From positions 1-64,000 of IMG/VR virus record IMGVR_UViG_3300010167_000010: 64,000 nt of DNA. The stretch is one strand, 5' to 3'. How positions within the stretch are numbered: the stretch's first letter is position 1; the number at the start of each line of letters is the position of its first letter. Position numbers and translations under genes: made by a program. Shown here piece after piece: positions 29,444-38,850 of the stretch. Source of the stretch: a virus (lineage: Duplodnaviria; Caudoviricetes). Under the pieces are notes generated by a model. It saw only the letters and a list, made by a program, of their open reading frames with translations, was not told the origin of the DNA and searched no databases.

Positions 29444-29923
29444 ATGGAAAACTTTAAGTTAAATAAAGATGCTAAAGATTATATTAAACATTTTTTAACT
29501 ATAATTTCAATAGCAGCTGCGTTTTGTATTTTTGTTGGTTTAACAATTGATTTTATTACTGTTGATGAAGTAATTGTGAGCCCAATTCAAATAATGGCAC
29601 TTATAGGAATTATAATTGGTGTAATTACTGCATTTTTTTTAATACCAACTTTAATAATATTTATAATTATTTTTATAAATCATATGAAATACTATAAATC
29701 TGTTAAAGGTTTATGGGGTTCTATTTTAGTAAATATTAAAACAGAAGAATTAGATTTAACAGAAGAAGCAATAGAATCAGAACAAGAACGAATTAAAAAG
29801 CATAACGAATTAGTTTTTTATTTTACTAAACAATGGATGATAGAAAATGAAGATAAACAAACTGAATGGATAAAAATACAATTAGAAAAATATTATAAAG
29901 GTGAAATAGAAATAGAAGAATAA
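29444..29923 (+). CDS. membrane protein
   Basis: 2 TM segments. Confidence 0.6.
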   Translation: MENFKLNKDAKDYIKHFLTIISIAAAFCIFVGLTIDFITVDEVIVSPIQIMALIGIIIGVITAFFLIPTLIIFIIIFINHMKYYKSVKGLWGSILVNIKTEELDLTEEAIESEQERIKKHNELVFYFTKQWMIENEDKQTEWIKIQLEKYYKGEIEIEE

Positions 29924-29940
29924 TAAAGGAAGAATTTAAT

Positions 29941-30105
29941 ATGCTAAAAACTATAAATGAAAAAGAATTTGTTAAGAAAATTGAACAAGCAATTAAAGAA
30001 AAAAATGCTGATTGGCTTTCTGAAAATATGTGGCTTATACATAATTGTGATGAATGGCACAAATTAGCAAAAGAAAGAACAGAAGGAGCAGAATTATTTG
30101 ATTAA
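29941..30105 (+). CDS. 54-aa protein with C-terminal ELFD tag (not in ORF track)
   Basis: MLKTINEK...ERTEGAELFD*; AAGGA RBS. Confidence 0.65.
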   Translation: MLKTINEKEFVKKIEQAIKEKNADWLSENMWLIHNCDEWHKLAKERTEGAELFD

Positions 30106-30108
30106 ATT

Positions 30109-30195
30109 GGAAGATGACCTCAGCCGGGACGAGGCTCGCCTGCTAAGCGATGGGTACATAAAATGGCCAACCGAGTTCGATTCTCGGATCTTCCG
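30109..30195 (+). tRNA. tRNA-Ser(GCU)
   Basis: loop CT-GCT-AA; long V arm; G73. Confidence 0.85.
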
Positions 30196-30198
30196 TAA

Positions 30199-30400
30199 AT
30201 TATATCGGACAGTCGCTAATAGAAATTTTTTTATTAGAGGAAACTCAGGGCACCTCGAATCAATTGAAGGAGATTTTAAATCGTTATTACTTCAATAGGG
30301 TGCAACACAAACAGACTAAGAGGATGGATCTTGCTCTATGAAGTCGGGTAGTGGCTTAGATAGATGACTGTTAAAACAGAACCCTGGTTATGGATATAAT
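30199..30400 (+). ncRNA. rnpB: minimal RNase P RNA (catalytic domain only)
   Basis: P1 ATTATATC/GATATAAT; GAGGAAACTCAGGGC and AACAGAACCCTGGTTA P4 halves with compensatory changes; CAGTCG/TGACTG P2. Confidence 0.88.
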
Positions 30401-30406
30401 TAAAAT

Positions 30407-30479
30407 GCTCGAGTGATAGTAACGGTAAGCTATCCACTCTTATAAGGTGGACGTGGTGGTTCAAATCCACCCTCGAGTA
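30407..30479 (+). tRNA. tRNA-Ile(UAU)
   Basis: CCACT-CTTATAA-GGTGG. Confidence 0.85.
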
Positions 30480-30557
30480 ATATTGAACTGAGTCAATAAG
30501 TCCTAGGTAACTCAGTATTGGCCCAGCTACGATCTGGAGAGGGAGCGGGCCTCTTAT

Positions 30558-30629
30558 AGGTTCGTGGTGTTAACAGCAGCATTTCGGTCTCCAAAACCGC
30601 GGGAGCGGGTGCAAATCCTGCCGAACCTG
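30558..30629 (+). tRNA. tRNA-Trp(CCA)
   Basis: loop CT-CCA-AA; AGGTTCG/CGAACCT; G73. Confidence 0.88.
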
Positions 30630-30676
30630 AAAGTAATAAGATATTTAACTTATGATATGTTAATATACTAATTATT

Positions 30677-31411
30677 ATGATTGGGATATATAAAATAACT
30701 AATAAAATAAATAATAAATTTTATATTGGAATGGCAGAAGATATAGAAAAAAGATGGATTAGACATAAAAATTTGGATAATCATTCTTGTATAAAATTAC
30801 ATAGAGCAATGAAAAAATATGGAGTAGAAAATTTCATATTTGAAATTATTGAAGAATGTTCAAGTCAAATTATAGCATGGGAAAAAGAACGTTTTTGGAT
30901 AAAAGAATTAAAAGCTAGAGAATTAGGATATAATATAAATGAAGGCGGACATGGTGGTGACACCTTTTATGGTCAATCTTTAGAAAAACAAAATGAAATA
31001 AAAGAAAAAATAAGAAAAGCAAATTCAAAACCAAATTTTAAATTAAGAGGAAGAATTCAATCAGAAGAAGAAAGAAATAATAGAAGAAAACCTCAAATTG
31101 GAAATAAAAATGCTTGTGGAAAAAGAACAGAAAAACAAAGAAAAAATATAAGTGATTCTTTAATTGGAAAAACATGGGAAGAAAAAATGGGTAAAGAAAA
31201 GTCTGATATAAGAAAAGAAAAGGCTAAAGGAAATAAATATGCTTTTGGCCATAAAAAAACTGAAGAAGTAAAATTTAAATGTGGAAATTCAACTAGAAAT
31301 AAAATTTGGTGGACAAATGGAAAAAATAATATAATAGATTTTAATTGCCCAGAAGGTTTTTGGAAAGGAAGAACTGTATTTTGGAGCAGAAAAGGAATAA
31401 AAAACAAATGA
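30677..31411 (+). mobile_element. free-standing GIY-YIG homing endonuclease (Seg-like, NUMOD tail)
   Basis: IGIYKITNKIN..FYIGMA....RW..H...E...GYNINEGG. Confidence 0.88.
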
Positions 31412-31980
31412 AAATTTTAGCAATGAATAGTAATTATATTCCAATAAGAATTATATCTAAATATACTGCTATATGTAAATTTTATAACAATATGGTAGAA
31501 TTTATTTATATAAAAGGAAATAATTGGGAAGCAAAAAACTGGGAACAATGGCTTGAACTATCATCAAAGAATATTTGGCCAGAAGATACTGACTTTATAA
31601 ATTCAGTAAATTTTCGTATTGCTGTACCAAAGGTAATAAGATTTTTAAATTATTCAAAAATTCCAAAAGTGACATTTAGACTTTCTCGTAAGTCAATCTA
31701 TGAGAGAGACAATTTTACTTGTTACATTTGTGGAAAAAAGTTCGGTGAATCTAAGCTCTCAATAGACCACATGAGACCAGTCTCAAGAGGTGGCGGAAAC
31801 AGCTGGGAGAATATGATCACTTGCTGTGTAAAGTGCAACTGGGACAAAGGCGATAAGACTCTCGATGAGCTCAGACTCAAGCCAAAGTTCATGCCTTACA
31901 AGCCACAGATGTCTAATATGCAAAAGCTAAAAGCATCTGTAACTACATATCAGCCTGAATGGAAACTTTTTGGTTTTTAG
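31408..31980 (+). CDS. HNH endonuclease (McrA-like; start revised from 31345)
   Basis: IYERDNFTCYICG...SIDHMRPVSRGG.NSWENMITCC..CN..KG. Confidence 0.9.
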   Translation: MKILAMNSNYIPIRIISKYTAICKFYNNMVEFIYIKGNNWEAKNWEQWLELSSKNIWPEDTDFINSVNFRIAVPKVIRFLNYSKIPKVTFRLSRKSIYERDNFTCYICGKKFGESKLSIDHMRPVSRGGGNSWENMITCCVKCNWDKGDKTLDELRLKPKFMPYKPQMSNMQKLKASVTTYQPEWKLFGF

Positions 31981-32094
31981 AAGTTAATATAAAATTAAAG
32001 TTGTCCAACTTAAATGGACTGGTGGAGGTGACTTAACCGGTCACCCTATGCGATGGCTCGATGGAGCCCCTTGAGTGGGAAACATCGCTTTTAT

Positions 32095-32165
32095 GTCTCC
32101 GTTGTTCAGTAGAGAGCAAATGGTCTGCAAAATCATTAGAGTTGGTGCAAGTCCAACCGGGGACT
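32095..32165 (+). tRNA. tRNA-Cys(GCA)
   Basis: ATGGT-CTGCAAA-ATCAT; U73. Confidence 0.88.
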
Positions 32166-32166
32166 A

Positions 32167-33381
32167 ATGATGAATATTGAAAAATTAGAATCAAGATTAG
32201 AAGATACTCATAAAACAGTTGCTGTATTAAGAGGAATGCTTGAAGAGTCTTTAATTCAAGAAGTATGTAAATTTTTAATTACTATTGGAAAAACTGAAGC
32301 AACAAAAATTTGTGCTATGTTAGATGAACAAACTTTAGAAACTATAACGTTTGAAATAGCTAGACGAGAATATCTAACTGAATCAGAATGTCAAAATATT
32401 TTAGAAATGTTTTGTAATTTATATGATAATGATAATTTTATAGTTTTAGGTGGAATAAATTATGCCAAAGATTTAATGACAGAAACTGTTGGCGAACAAA
32501 AAGCTATAGATATATTAAATAGAATGTCATCATCATTACAAATTAAACCATTCGACTATATAAGAAGATGTCATCCTATAGATTTATTAAATATAATTCA
32601 ACAAGAACATCCTCAAGTAATAGCTTTAATTTTATCTTATTTAGAACCAAATAAAGCATCTATAATGTTACAAAATTTACCAGCTGAACTAAGATCAGAT
32701 ATTACCAGAAGAATAGCTTGCATGGACAGTATAGAACCAGAAACTTTACGAGAAGTTGAAAGGGTTTTAGAAAAAAAATTATCTACATTATCTGCTGAAG
32801 ATTATTGGAGAAATGCCGGCGGATTGCCAGCGGTTGTAGAAATATTAAATTTGGTTGATAGAGAAGTTGAAAAACAAGTTATAGAAAATTTAGAAGATGA
32901 AGACCCAGAATTAGCTGAAGAAATTAAAAAACGAATGTTTATATTTGAAGATATTGTTATGTTAAATGATCATTATATACAAAAAATATTACGAAATGTA
33001 GATAGTCAAGAGTTAGCTAAAGCATTATTTAATGTAGATTCAGAAGTACAAAATAAAATATTTAGAAATTTTTCTAAACGAGCTGAAGCAATGTTAAAAG
33101 AAGATATGATTTATATGGGTCCATTAAAATTAAAAGATATCGAAGAAGCTCAACAAAAAATAGTTTCTATAATTCGTAAATTGGAAGAAGACGGTGAAAT
33201 TTCACTTAATAGATGTGGTGAAAATGAAATGATTTCTCCTAATCTAAATATAGATGAAAAAGTTCAAGAACAAATGAAAAAAGAACATGAAGAAAATAAA
33301 TTGATATTAAATAGCGAAGAAAAACATAATTTTTTTTGGAAGCTAATTCTTAGAAAAATAAAAAGGTTAACTAATGGGTAA
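32167..33381 (+). CDS. fliG: flagellar motor switch protein FliG
   Basis: [15 protein letters not shown] linker, [22 protein letters not shown]...IEEAQQKIV. Confidence 0.95.
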   Translation: MMNIEKLESRLEDTHKTVAVLRGMLEESLIQEVCKFLITIGKTEATKICAMLDEQTLETITFEIARREYLTESECQNILEMFCNLYDNDNFIVLGGINYAKDLMTETVGEQKAIDILNRMSSSLQIKPFDYIRRCHPIDLLNIIQQEHPQVIALILSYLEPNKASIMLQNLPAELRSDITRRIACMDSIEPETLREVERVLEKKLSTLSAEDYWRNAGGLPAVVEILNLVDREVEKQVIENLEDEDPELAEEIKKRMFIFEDIVMLNDHYIQKILRNVDSQELAKALFNVDSEVQNKIFRNFSKRAEAMLKEDMIYMGPLKLKDIEEAQQKIVSIIRKLEEDGEISLNRCGENEMISPNLNIDEKVQEQMKKEHEENKLILNSEEKHNFFWKLILRKIKRLTNG

Positions 33382-34771
33382 ATACGTATTAGATCAAGAT
33401 GATATTGATGATTTAGTAGAAAATGACGATTGGAAAGAATCTTTTAGTTTTAAAAAAGTTAAGGGAAAACATAAAATGACTGAAGTATTAAGTGCAAAAG
33501 AAATAGACGAATTATTAAAAGCTATTAATGCTGGAGAAACTGATCCAGAAGATTTAAAACCGGCGTGTAATGCTAGAAAAATAAAAATATACGATTTTAA
33601 GCGTCCTGATAAATTTTCCAAAGAACAAATTAGAACTGTTTCAATAATGCATGAAACATTTGCTAGATTAAGTACTACTTTTTTATCGGCCAGATTAAGA
33701 CAATTAGTTCATGTTCATGTTGCTTCAGTTGATCAATTAACTTATGAAGAATTTATTCGTTCTGTACCAACACCTACTACAATGGCAATTATAAACATGG
33801 ATCCATTAAAGGGTAGTGCAATATTAGAAATTGATCCTGCAGTAACATTTGCTTTTATAGATAGATTATGTGGTGGAACTGGAGAAGGTACAAAATCTCA
33901 ACACGAATTAACTGATATTGAAATGAGTTTAATGGAAGGAATGATTGTACGATTATTGGGAAACATAAGAGAAGCCTGGTCACAAATTATAGATTTACGA
34001 CCACGATTAGGACAAGTAGATACTAATCCACAATTTTGTATGATAGTACCACCAACTGAAATGACAGTTCTTGTTACATTTGAAGTAAAGGTTGGTGATG
34101 TAGAAGGAATGTTTAATTTATGTATTCCACATATTTTATTAGAACCTATAATGGATAGAATGTCAGCTGCATATTGGTATGGGAGTGGTTGGAATAATAC
34201 TGTCCCTAAAACTTTTAATCAAGAAAAATTAGATAATATAGATGTTTCTTTAAGAGCTGAATATTTTAAAACTACTATGTCGTTATCACAATTAAGTTAT
34301 TTATTAAATAATAATGGAATAATATTAAATGAAGATCATGAAGAAAATACTGGAAAATTATATATAAATAATTTATATATTGGGGAATTTAAAGAAATAG
34401 ACGTTTTAAGAGAACATAAGAAAATTAAAATAACAAAAATAACAAATATTATGGAGAAAAATTATATGAATGAAAAAAATAATATCGACTTTTCAGGTGG
34501 AAATTTATCTGAAATTAAGGTCCAAATAATTACTGAATTAGGAAGAACTTCTAGAACTTTAAAAGAAATTTCTAGTTTTGGAGAAGGTACAATCTTAGAA
34601 TTAGATAAGTTAGCTGGAGAACCTGTCGATATATTTGCTAATAATGTTTTAATAGCAAAAGGTGAAGTTGTAGTAATAGATGAAAATTTTGGTGTCAGAA
34701 TAACTGATGTTCTTAATCAAAAAGAAAAGGAAGAGGGGCCTTGCAAAGGAGATGAAGCTCAAAACAGCTAG
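33374..34771 (+). CDS. fliM: flagellar switch FliM fused to a FliN/FliY SpoA domain
   Basis: [48 protein letters not shown]; C-terminal [36 protein letters not shown]. Confidence 0.93.
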   Translation: MGKYVLDQDDIDDLVENDDWKESFSFKKVKGKHKMTEVLSAKEIDELLKAINAGETDPEDLKPACNARKIKIYDFKRPDKFSKEQIRTVSIMHETFARLSTTFLSARLRQLVHVHVASVDQLTYEEFIRSVPTPTTMAIINMDPLKGSAILEIDPAVTFAFIDRLCGGTGEGTKSQHELTDIEMSLMEGMIVRLLGNIREAWSQIIDLRPRLGQVDTNPQFCMIVPPTEMTVLVTFEVKVGDVEGMFNLCIPHILLEPIMDRMSAAYWYGSGWNNTVPKTFNQEKLDNIDVSLRAEYFKTTMSLSQLSYLLNNNGIILNEDHEENTGKLYINNLYIGEFKEIDVLREHKKIKITKITNIMEKNYMNEKNNIDFSGGNLSEIKVQIITELGRTSRTLKEISSFGEGTILELDKLAGEPVDIFANNVLIAKGEVVVIDENFGVRITDVLNQKEKEEGPCKGDEAQNS

Positions 34772-34969
34772 TATTTTATTTTTAATTTTATTTTTAATAA
34801 CGTTTTTAATGATATTATTAAAAGTATCAATTATAAGTTTAATCTTATTTTGTATTACAACAATTTTTGCAATATTTTTAGGAGGATATTTAATATATGA
34901 GCACAATGGTCTTTGTTAGTTGTATAGTTTTATTTTTAGTTTTTTGGATTAAAATAAGTTGGTAATTTT

Positions 34970-35054
34970 GCTCAGGTGGTGGAATTTAGAAGACACCCTA
35001 GCCCGAGGAGCTAGTGCCCGAAAGGGCGTGCAAGTGCAAGTCTTGTCCTGAGTA
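34970..35054 (+). tRNA. tRNA-Leu(GAG)
   Basis: CTAGC-CCGAGGA-GCTAG (C33); long V arm. Confidence 0.85.
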
Positions 35055-35096
35055 ATATGAATGTCGATATGGAAATGTACAATCCATGAAGTTCAT

Positions 35097-35158
35097 ATCT
35101 TGGGAAAGAGCAGGCTAGAAATGACCCCTGGGTGAGTGCGAAGTCTCACCTCCAAGAT
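35097..35158 (+). ncRNA. anticodon-less tRNA-like RNA
   Basis: ATCTTGGG/TCCAAGAT stem plus GGTGAG-loop-CTCACC T-like arm. Confidence 0.45.
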
Positions 35159-35161
35159 TAT

Positions 35162-35236
35162 GCCATCGTAGCCCAACGGCAGAGGCACTACGCTTAGAAC
35201 GTAGAAAGGTGTCGAGTTCAAATCTCACCGATGGTA
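35162..35236 (+). tRNA. tRNA-Leu(UAG) with short variable loop
   Basis: CTACG-CTTAGAA-CGTAG. Confidence 0.82.
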
Positions 35237-35468
35237 CTTATACAATAAATATTATAGAGGTAGATTAAAATTACTTTAAGTGTCCTCTACTAAATAGTAA
35301 TAAAGTGAAGATAAATATTATGAGTATTGAATTTAATCAAAAAGTAGTTTGTGAAGATTGTAAAGAATTACTAGAAAGTGAATACGAGATAATTTCTGAA
35401 GCTACTGATAAATGTGATTTTTGTGATAAAATTGGAAAATTTGAAATAATACTTTTAATTGATTAGAA

Positions 35469-35539
35469 GCCCGATTGATGTAACAGGAGCATGATGGTCC
35501 TACAAACCGTTCGCAATGGTGCAAATCCATTATTGGGTA
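35469..35539 (+). tRNA. tRNA-Val(UAC)
   Basis: ATGGT-CCTACAA-ACCGT (C33). Confidence 0.82.
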
Positions 35540-35552
35540 AAAGGAAAATAAT

Positions 35553-35777
35553 ATGAGTAAGTTCGTAAAACAAAATAAAATGAAAGATTACGAAACTGTT
35601 GTACCTGCAAAAATACTTCATTATATGTTTACTACTCATGGTTTTCCACCAGAAATGGTAAAAGAAATGGCAGAAGAAAAGGGTTTAACAGTTGACTTAG
35701 ATGGTTTTTATAAAATGATGGAATTAGAAAAAGAAAAGTCTAGATCTAATAGTAAATTGATACAAGGTAAAATATAA
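35553..35777 (+). CDS. stand-alone fragment of the alanyl-tRNA synthetase helical domain
   Basis: MFTTHGFPPEMVKEMAEEKGLTVDLDGFYKMMELEKEKSR resembles AlaRS LYDTYGFP.....E.A.E.GL.VD..GF...M..Q+E+SR. Confidence 0.75.
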   Translation: MSKFVKQNKMKDYETVVPAKILHYMFTTHGFPPEMVKEMAEEKGLTVDLDGFYKMMELEKEKSRSNSKLIQGKI

Positions 35778-35817
35778 AGCCCCGCGTCTGGCAGCTTCGG
35801 CGTATGACGCACTTTAA

Positions 35818-35889
35818 GCAGTATATGAGTAGATAGCGACTCACGTGATTGCCAATCATGAGAGGCGGGTGCGTGTCCCGCATACTGCT
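35818..35889 (+). tRNA. tRNA-Gly(GCC)
   Basis: CGTGA-TTGCCAA-TCATG; U73; atypical T loop. Confidence 0.75.
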
Positions 35890-35891
35890 AT

Positions 35892-35974
35892 GTGAACGTG
35901 CGCGAGTGGTTAAAGCGGCTTGATTGTGGATCAAGTGGAGAAATCCATCGGGAGTTCAAATCTCCTCGTTCACC
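35892..35974 (+). tRNA. tRNA-His(GUG) with long variable arm
   Basis: CTTGA-TTGTGGA-TCAAG; C73; V arm TGGA-GAAA-TCCA. Confidence 0.85.
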
Positions 35975-35986
35975 TAACTAATTATT

Positions 35987-36349
35987 ATGAAAAAATGTTG
36001 TAAATGCAAAAACAAACAAGAAGATAAACAACCAGATTACTATTATTATGATAGAAATCCCAGAGTAACCTCTATGAGACGATTTATAAAAGAACAATAT
36101 GCATTATGGTTAGCAGAACAAAGATCCAAACCACAACAGAAAAAAGATGATGGAGAATGGAATTATAGATTTAAATTTGGAGACGTATCACCAAAACAAG
36201 CTTGGCAAACTTATTCAAAATATATTGAAGACAATGCTTGTAGATATCCAGTTTGGCCAAATTTTCATGGTCGAATGACTTCTGTTTCATCATTAGATAC
36301 TTCAAATATTAGAACTGTACAAAAATTTGGCACAACTTGGAGAGTATAA
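35987..36349 (+). CDS. hypothetical late protein
   Basis: ACTAATTA 10 nt upstream. Confidence 0.6.
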   Translation: MKKCCKCKNKQEDKQPDYYYYDRNPRVTSMRRFIKEQYALWLAEQRSKPQQKKDDGEWNYRFKFGDVSPKQAWQTYSKYIEDNACRYPVWPNFHGRMTSVSSLDTSNIRTVQKFGTTWRV

Positions 36350-36662
36350 ATGTTTATTTTTAGTTTAATAGTTGCTATTCTTGTTATAGTAATTATTATA
36401 AAAATTTCATTTAGTATTGGTTATCAAAAAGGCCATGAAAATGGTTATATGGAAGCAGAATATCGTTTCAATAAAAAATCTACAACTTATGCAAATCCTT
36501 TAGATGAAGATTTAACTGGGTATATTTAACATGTCAGCATCTGGGCGAGTATGGGAGCAGAAAGCAAGGAGATAAGGCGATGAGCGGCTCGAGCGTGGTC
36601 GTCGTGAACGGGGCGGAACCGACCGCTGGCAAACCTATATTAGTTAATTTAACTAAATAAAT

Positions 36663-37298
36663 ATGATAGGTATTTATTTAATTACAAATTTAACTAATAA
36701 AAAACGATATGTTGGTAAATCTAAAAATATTGAAAATAGATGGAAACAACATAAAAAATTAAATGATGGTTATAGACCGTCTTACTTACAAAGTGCCTTT
36801 TTAAAAGAAGGGATAGAAAATTTTTCTTTTGAAGTTTGGGAAGAATGTATTTTAGAAAAATTAAATGAAAGAGAAAAATTTTGGATTAAAGAATTAGAAA
36901 CGAGAAATCCCGAATTTGGATATAATTTAACAAAGGGTGGTGATGGGGGAGATACTTTTTATATTCAATCTGAAGAAAAACAAAATGAATTAAGAAAAAT
37001 TTTTAGTGAAAATAGTAAAAAATATAATACTATTAAATATCTTCAAACAGATAGAGCTGAACAATCAAGAAAACCTCATAGAAAAAAATTAGGCCAAAAT
37101 GCTAAAGGTAAAACATGGCAATGGAATGAAGAAAAAAGAAAAAATTATATACCTTCAAATAAAGGAAAATTAATGAATAATGAACAAAAAGAAAAACAAA
37201 AACAATATCATTGGTTTAATAATGGGATTATTCAAATAATGTCAATAAAATGTCCGGAAAATTTTAATTCAGGAATGTTAAAAAGAAAAACTAACTAA
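36663..37298 (+). mobile_element. second GIY-YIG homing endonuclease
   Basis: IGIYLITNL..KRYVGKS....RW..H...GYNLTKGG. Confidence 0.88.
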
Positions 37299-37312
37299 TA
37301 AGAAGTTTTTAT

Positions 37313-37654
37313 ATGAACAAAGGACCAATAGTTCAAAAGTTAGCTAAGCTTTTGATGTTATATCAAAATGCGGCGTCTACCCGTGGTGAAAAAGATGTAG
37401 CAATAATTAAAATAAAAAACTTATGTGAACAACATAAGTTAAAAATTGATGGAAATACTGTTATTGATTTAGAAGCTGTTAAAAAAGTAGAAACACAAAA
37501 AACAGCACCTATTTCACCAGTAGTAAAACAAACTATTTTAGGAGACCCATCAGCGTACAATAGATATGTATATTATAATGGACAAAAATATTATGGAAGG
37601 GTACCTAAACATATTTATGAAAAAGATAATGAAATTAGAAAAAGAAAATTTTGA
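37313..37654 (+). CDS. DUF2786-like helical protein
   Basis: KLAKLLML..NAASTRGEKDVA..K...L. Confidence 0.5.
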   Translation: MNKGPIVQKLAKLLMLYQNAASTRGEKDVAIIKIKNLCEQHKLKIDGNTVIDLEAVKKVETQKTAPISPVVKQTILGDPSAYNRYVYYNGQKYYGRVPKHIYEKDNEIRKRKF

Positions 37655-37767
37655 ACAATAACATTATTTTTCTTATATAATTAATGTAAGGGAGTGGAAA
37701 CACACCTTTATAGAGTGAGTAAGGCAGAGCCGAGGCGGAGCAACTTAAATGTTGAACCCAAAACTCT

Positions 37768-37865
37768 AAAAGAAGTCTGTCAAAGAACTAGTGGTCAGAG
37801 CCGGATTGATACTAGTCAGGTAGGCAGCCGGGTACGGTAATATGGGTTCGATTCCCATCTTCTTT
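37768..37865 (+). ncRNA. tRNA-like RNA with acceptor and T arm and an unrelated interior
   Basis: AAAGAAG/CTTCTTT plus ATGGG-TTCGATT-CCCAT. Confidence 0.5.
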
Positions 37866-37953
37866 TATTCGGAGTGAGTAAAGAGCGGCTTATTTACTAG
37901 TAGCCGGGACTCCGAGTTTTTGAAATTGATCTCCGAGGTTAGGAGTTCAAATT

Positions 37954-38181
37954 ATGTACAAGTATGGTAGAAAAATCGCAATAGAGAATTGCGCAAAAGG
38001 TATGATGACTGTCAAGACATTGGCAAATGCATTGTATTACATGGGTTATCGGTATTCTGATGACGAAGTAAAAGAATTAGTAAATAATTGCTTAGATGGT
38101 TCCGGAGACTTTGTGAGCTTGTCTGGAGCGGCAGTTAATATAATTAAAGATGGTCAGCTGTTTGGTTATGGAACTCACTAG
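37954..38181 (+). CDS. hypothetical early protein
   Basis: AGGAG RBS. Confidence 0.55.
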   Translation: MYKYGRKIAIENCAKGMMTVKTLANALYYMGYRYSDDEVKELVNNCLDGSGDFVSLSGAAVNIIKDGQLFGYGTH

Positions 38182-38518
38182 TGGAGTATACTGCCGGCAA
38201 ATCTGCATTCATCAAAATGTTGGTCAAAAGTATTAAGTTACAGGACGGCCTTCATAGATAGTTGCCATAGCTTAGTCTGCGCGCTATCAAAAATAAATGG
38301 TGGCATAGTGGCCTTAAATGTCGTATGGCAGCCAAAATATTCCGTCACAGTCATAACGGATATAAAAAGACTGGTCGCCTAAAGGTTGCGACTAATAAGT
38401 GAACCAGTTAAATTGCACCGAGTCGACAGTGCCGAGGTTGGAATGCTCCGCGTTAATAAAAGCAAGTTGCAGGCGCCTGCACATTAAAATTATTAGACCT
38501 TACGTATAGCGTGAGGGT

Positions 38519-38586
38519 TTGCAAGAATTGAAGTGCCGGGATCCGCGGATTATTAACTGGTAGAGGGTGCAACTCCCTCCTTGCAA
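38519..38586 (+). ncRNA. anticodon-less tRNA-like RNA
   Basis: TTGCAAG/CTTGCAA plus GAGGG-TGCAACT-CCCTC. Confidence 0.5.
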
Positions 38587-38601
38587 AGAGTTTTATTTTT
38601 A

Positions 38602-38674
38602 CAGAGTGTAGACCAAATAGATGGCCGCCTGTTTTGGAGACAGGAGATTGGAGATGCGAGCGCTCCCGCTCTGA
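38602..38674 (+). tRNA. tRNA-Pro(UGG)
   Basis: CCTGT-TTTGGAG-ACAGG. Confidence 0.82.
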
Positions 38675-38682
38675 TTTATTTT

Positions 38683-38754
38683 GGCGCTATCGGCTAATGG
38701 TTAGGCCAGCAGGTTTTCAACCTACTAATCGGAGTTCGATTCTCCGTAGCGCTA
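38683..38754 (+). tRNA. tRNA-Glu(UUC)
   Basis: loop TT-TTC-AA; canonical D and T arms. Confidence 0.88.
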
Positions 38755-38850
38755 TTATACTATGTGTTTACCAACTATCAACGTTGGGCTGGAACAGTCG
38801 GAATACTAAATTAAATTGTTTATCCGATATGCCAGTGCATAGTATTTTAT

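Noticed and set aside
32167-34771. Window is a bacterial chromosome or prophage flank because of fliG/fliM and the pnc genes
   Set aside because: No other flagellar or housekeeping operon context; the genes are surrounded by phage tRNAs, phage promoter motifs and structural genes of the same composition.
38415-38432. GCACCGAGTCG..GTGC resembling the tracrRNA 3' hairpin
   Set aside because: Short match only; no anti-repeat, nexus or cas9.
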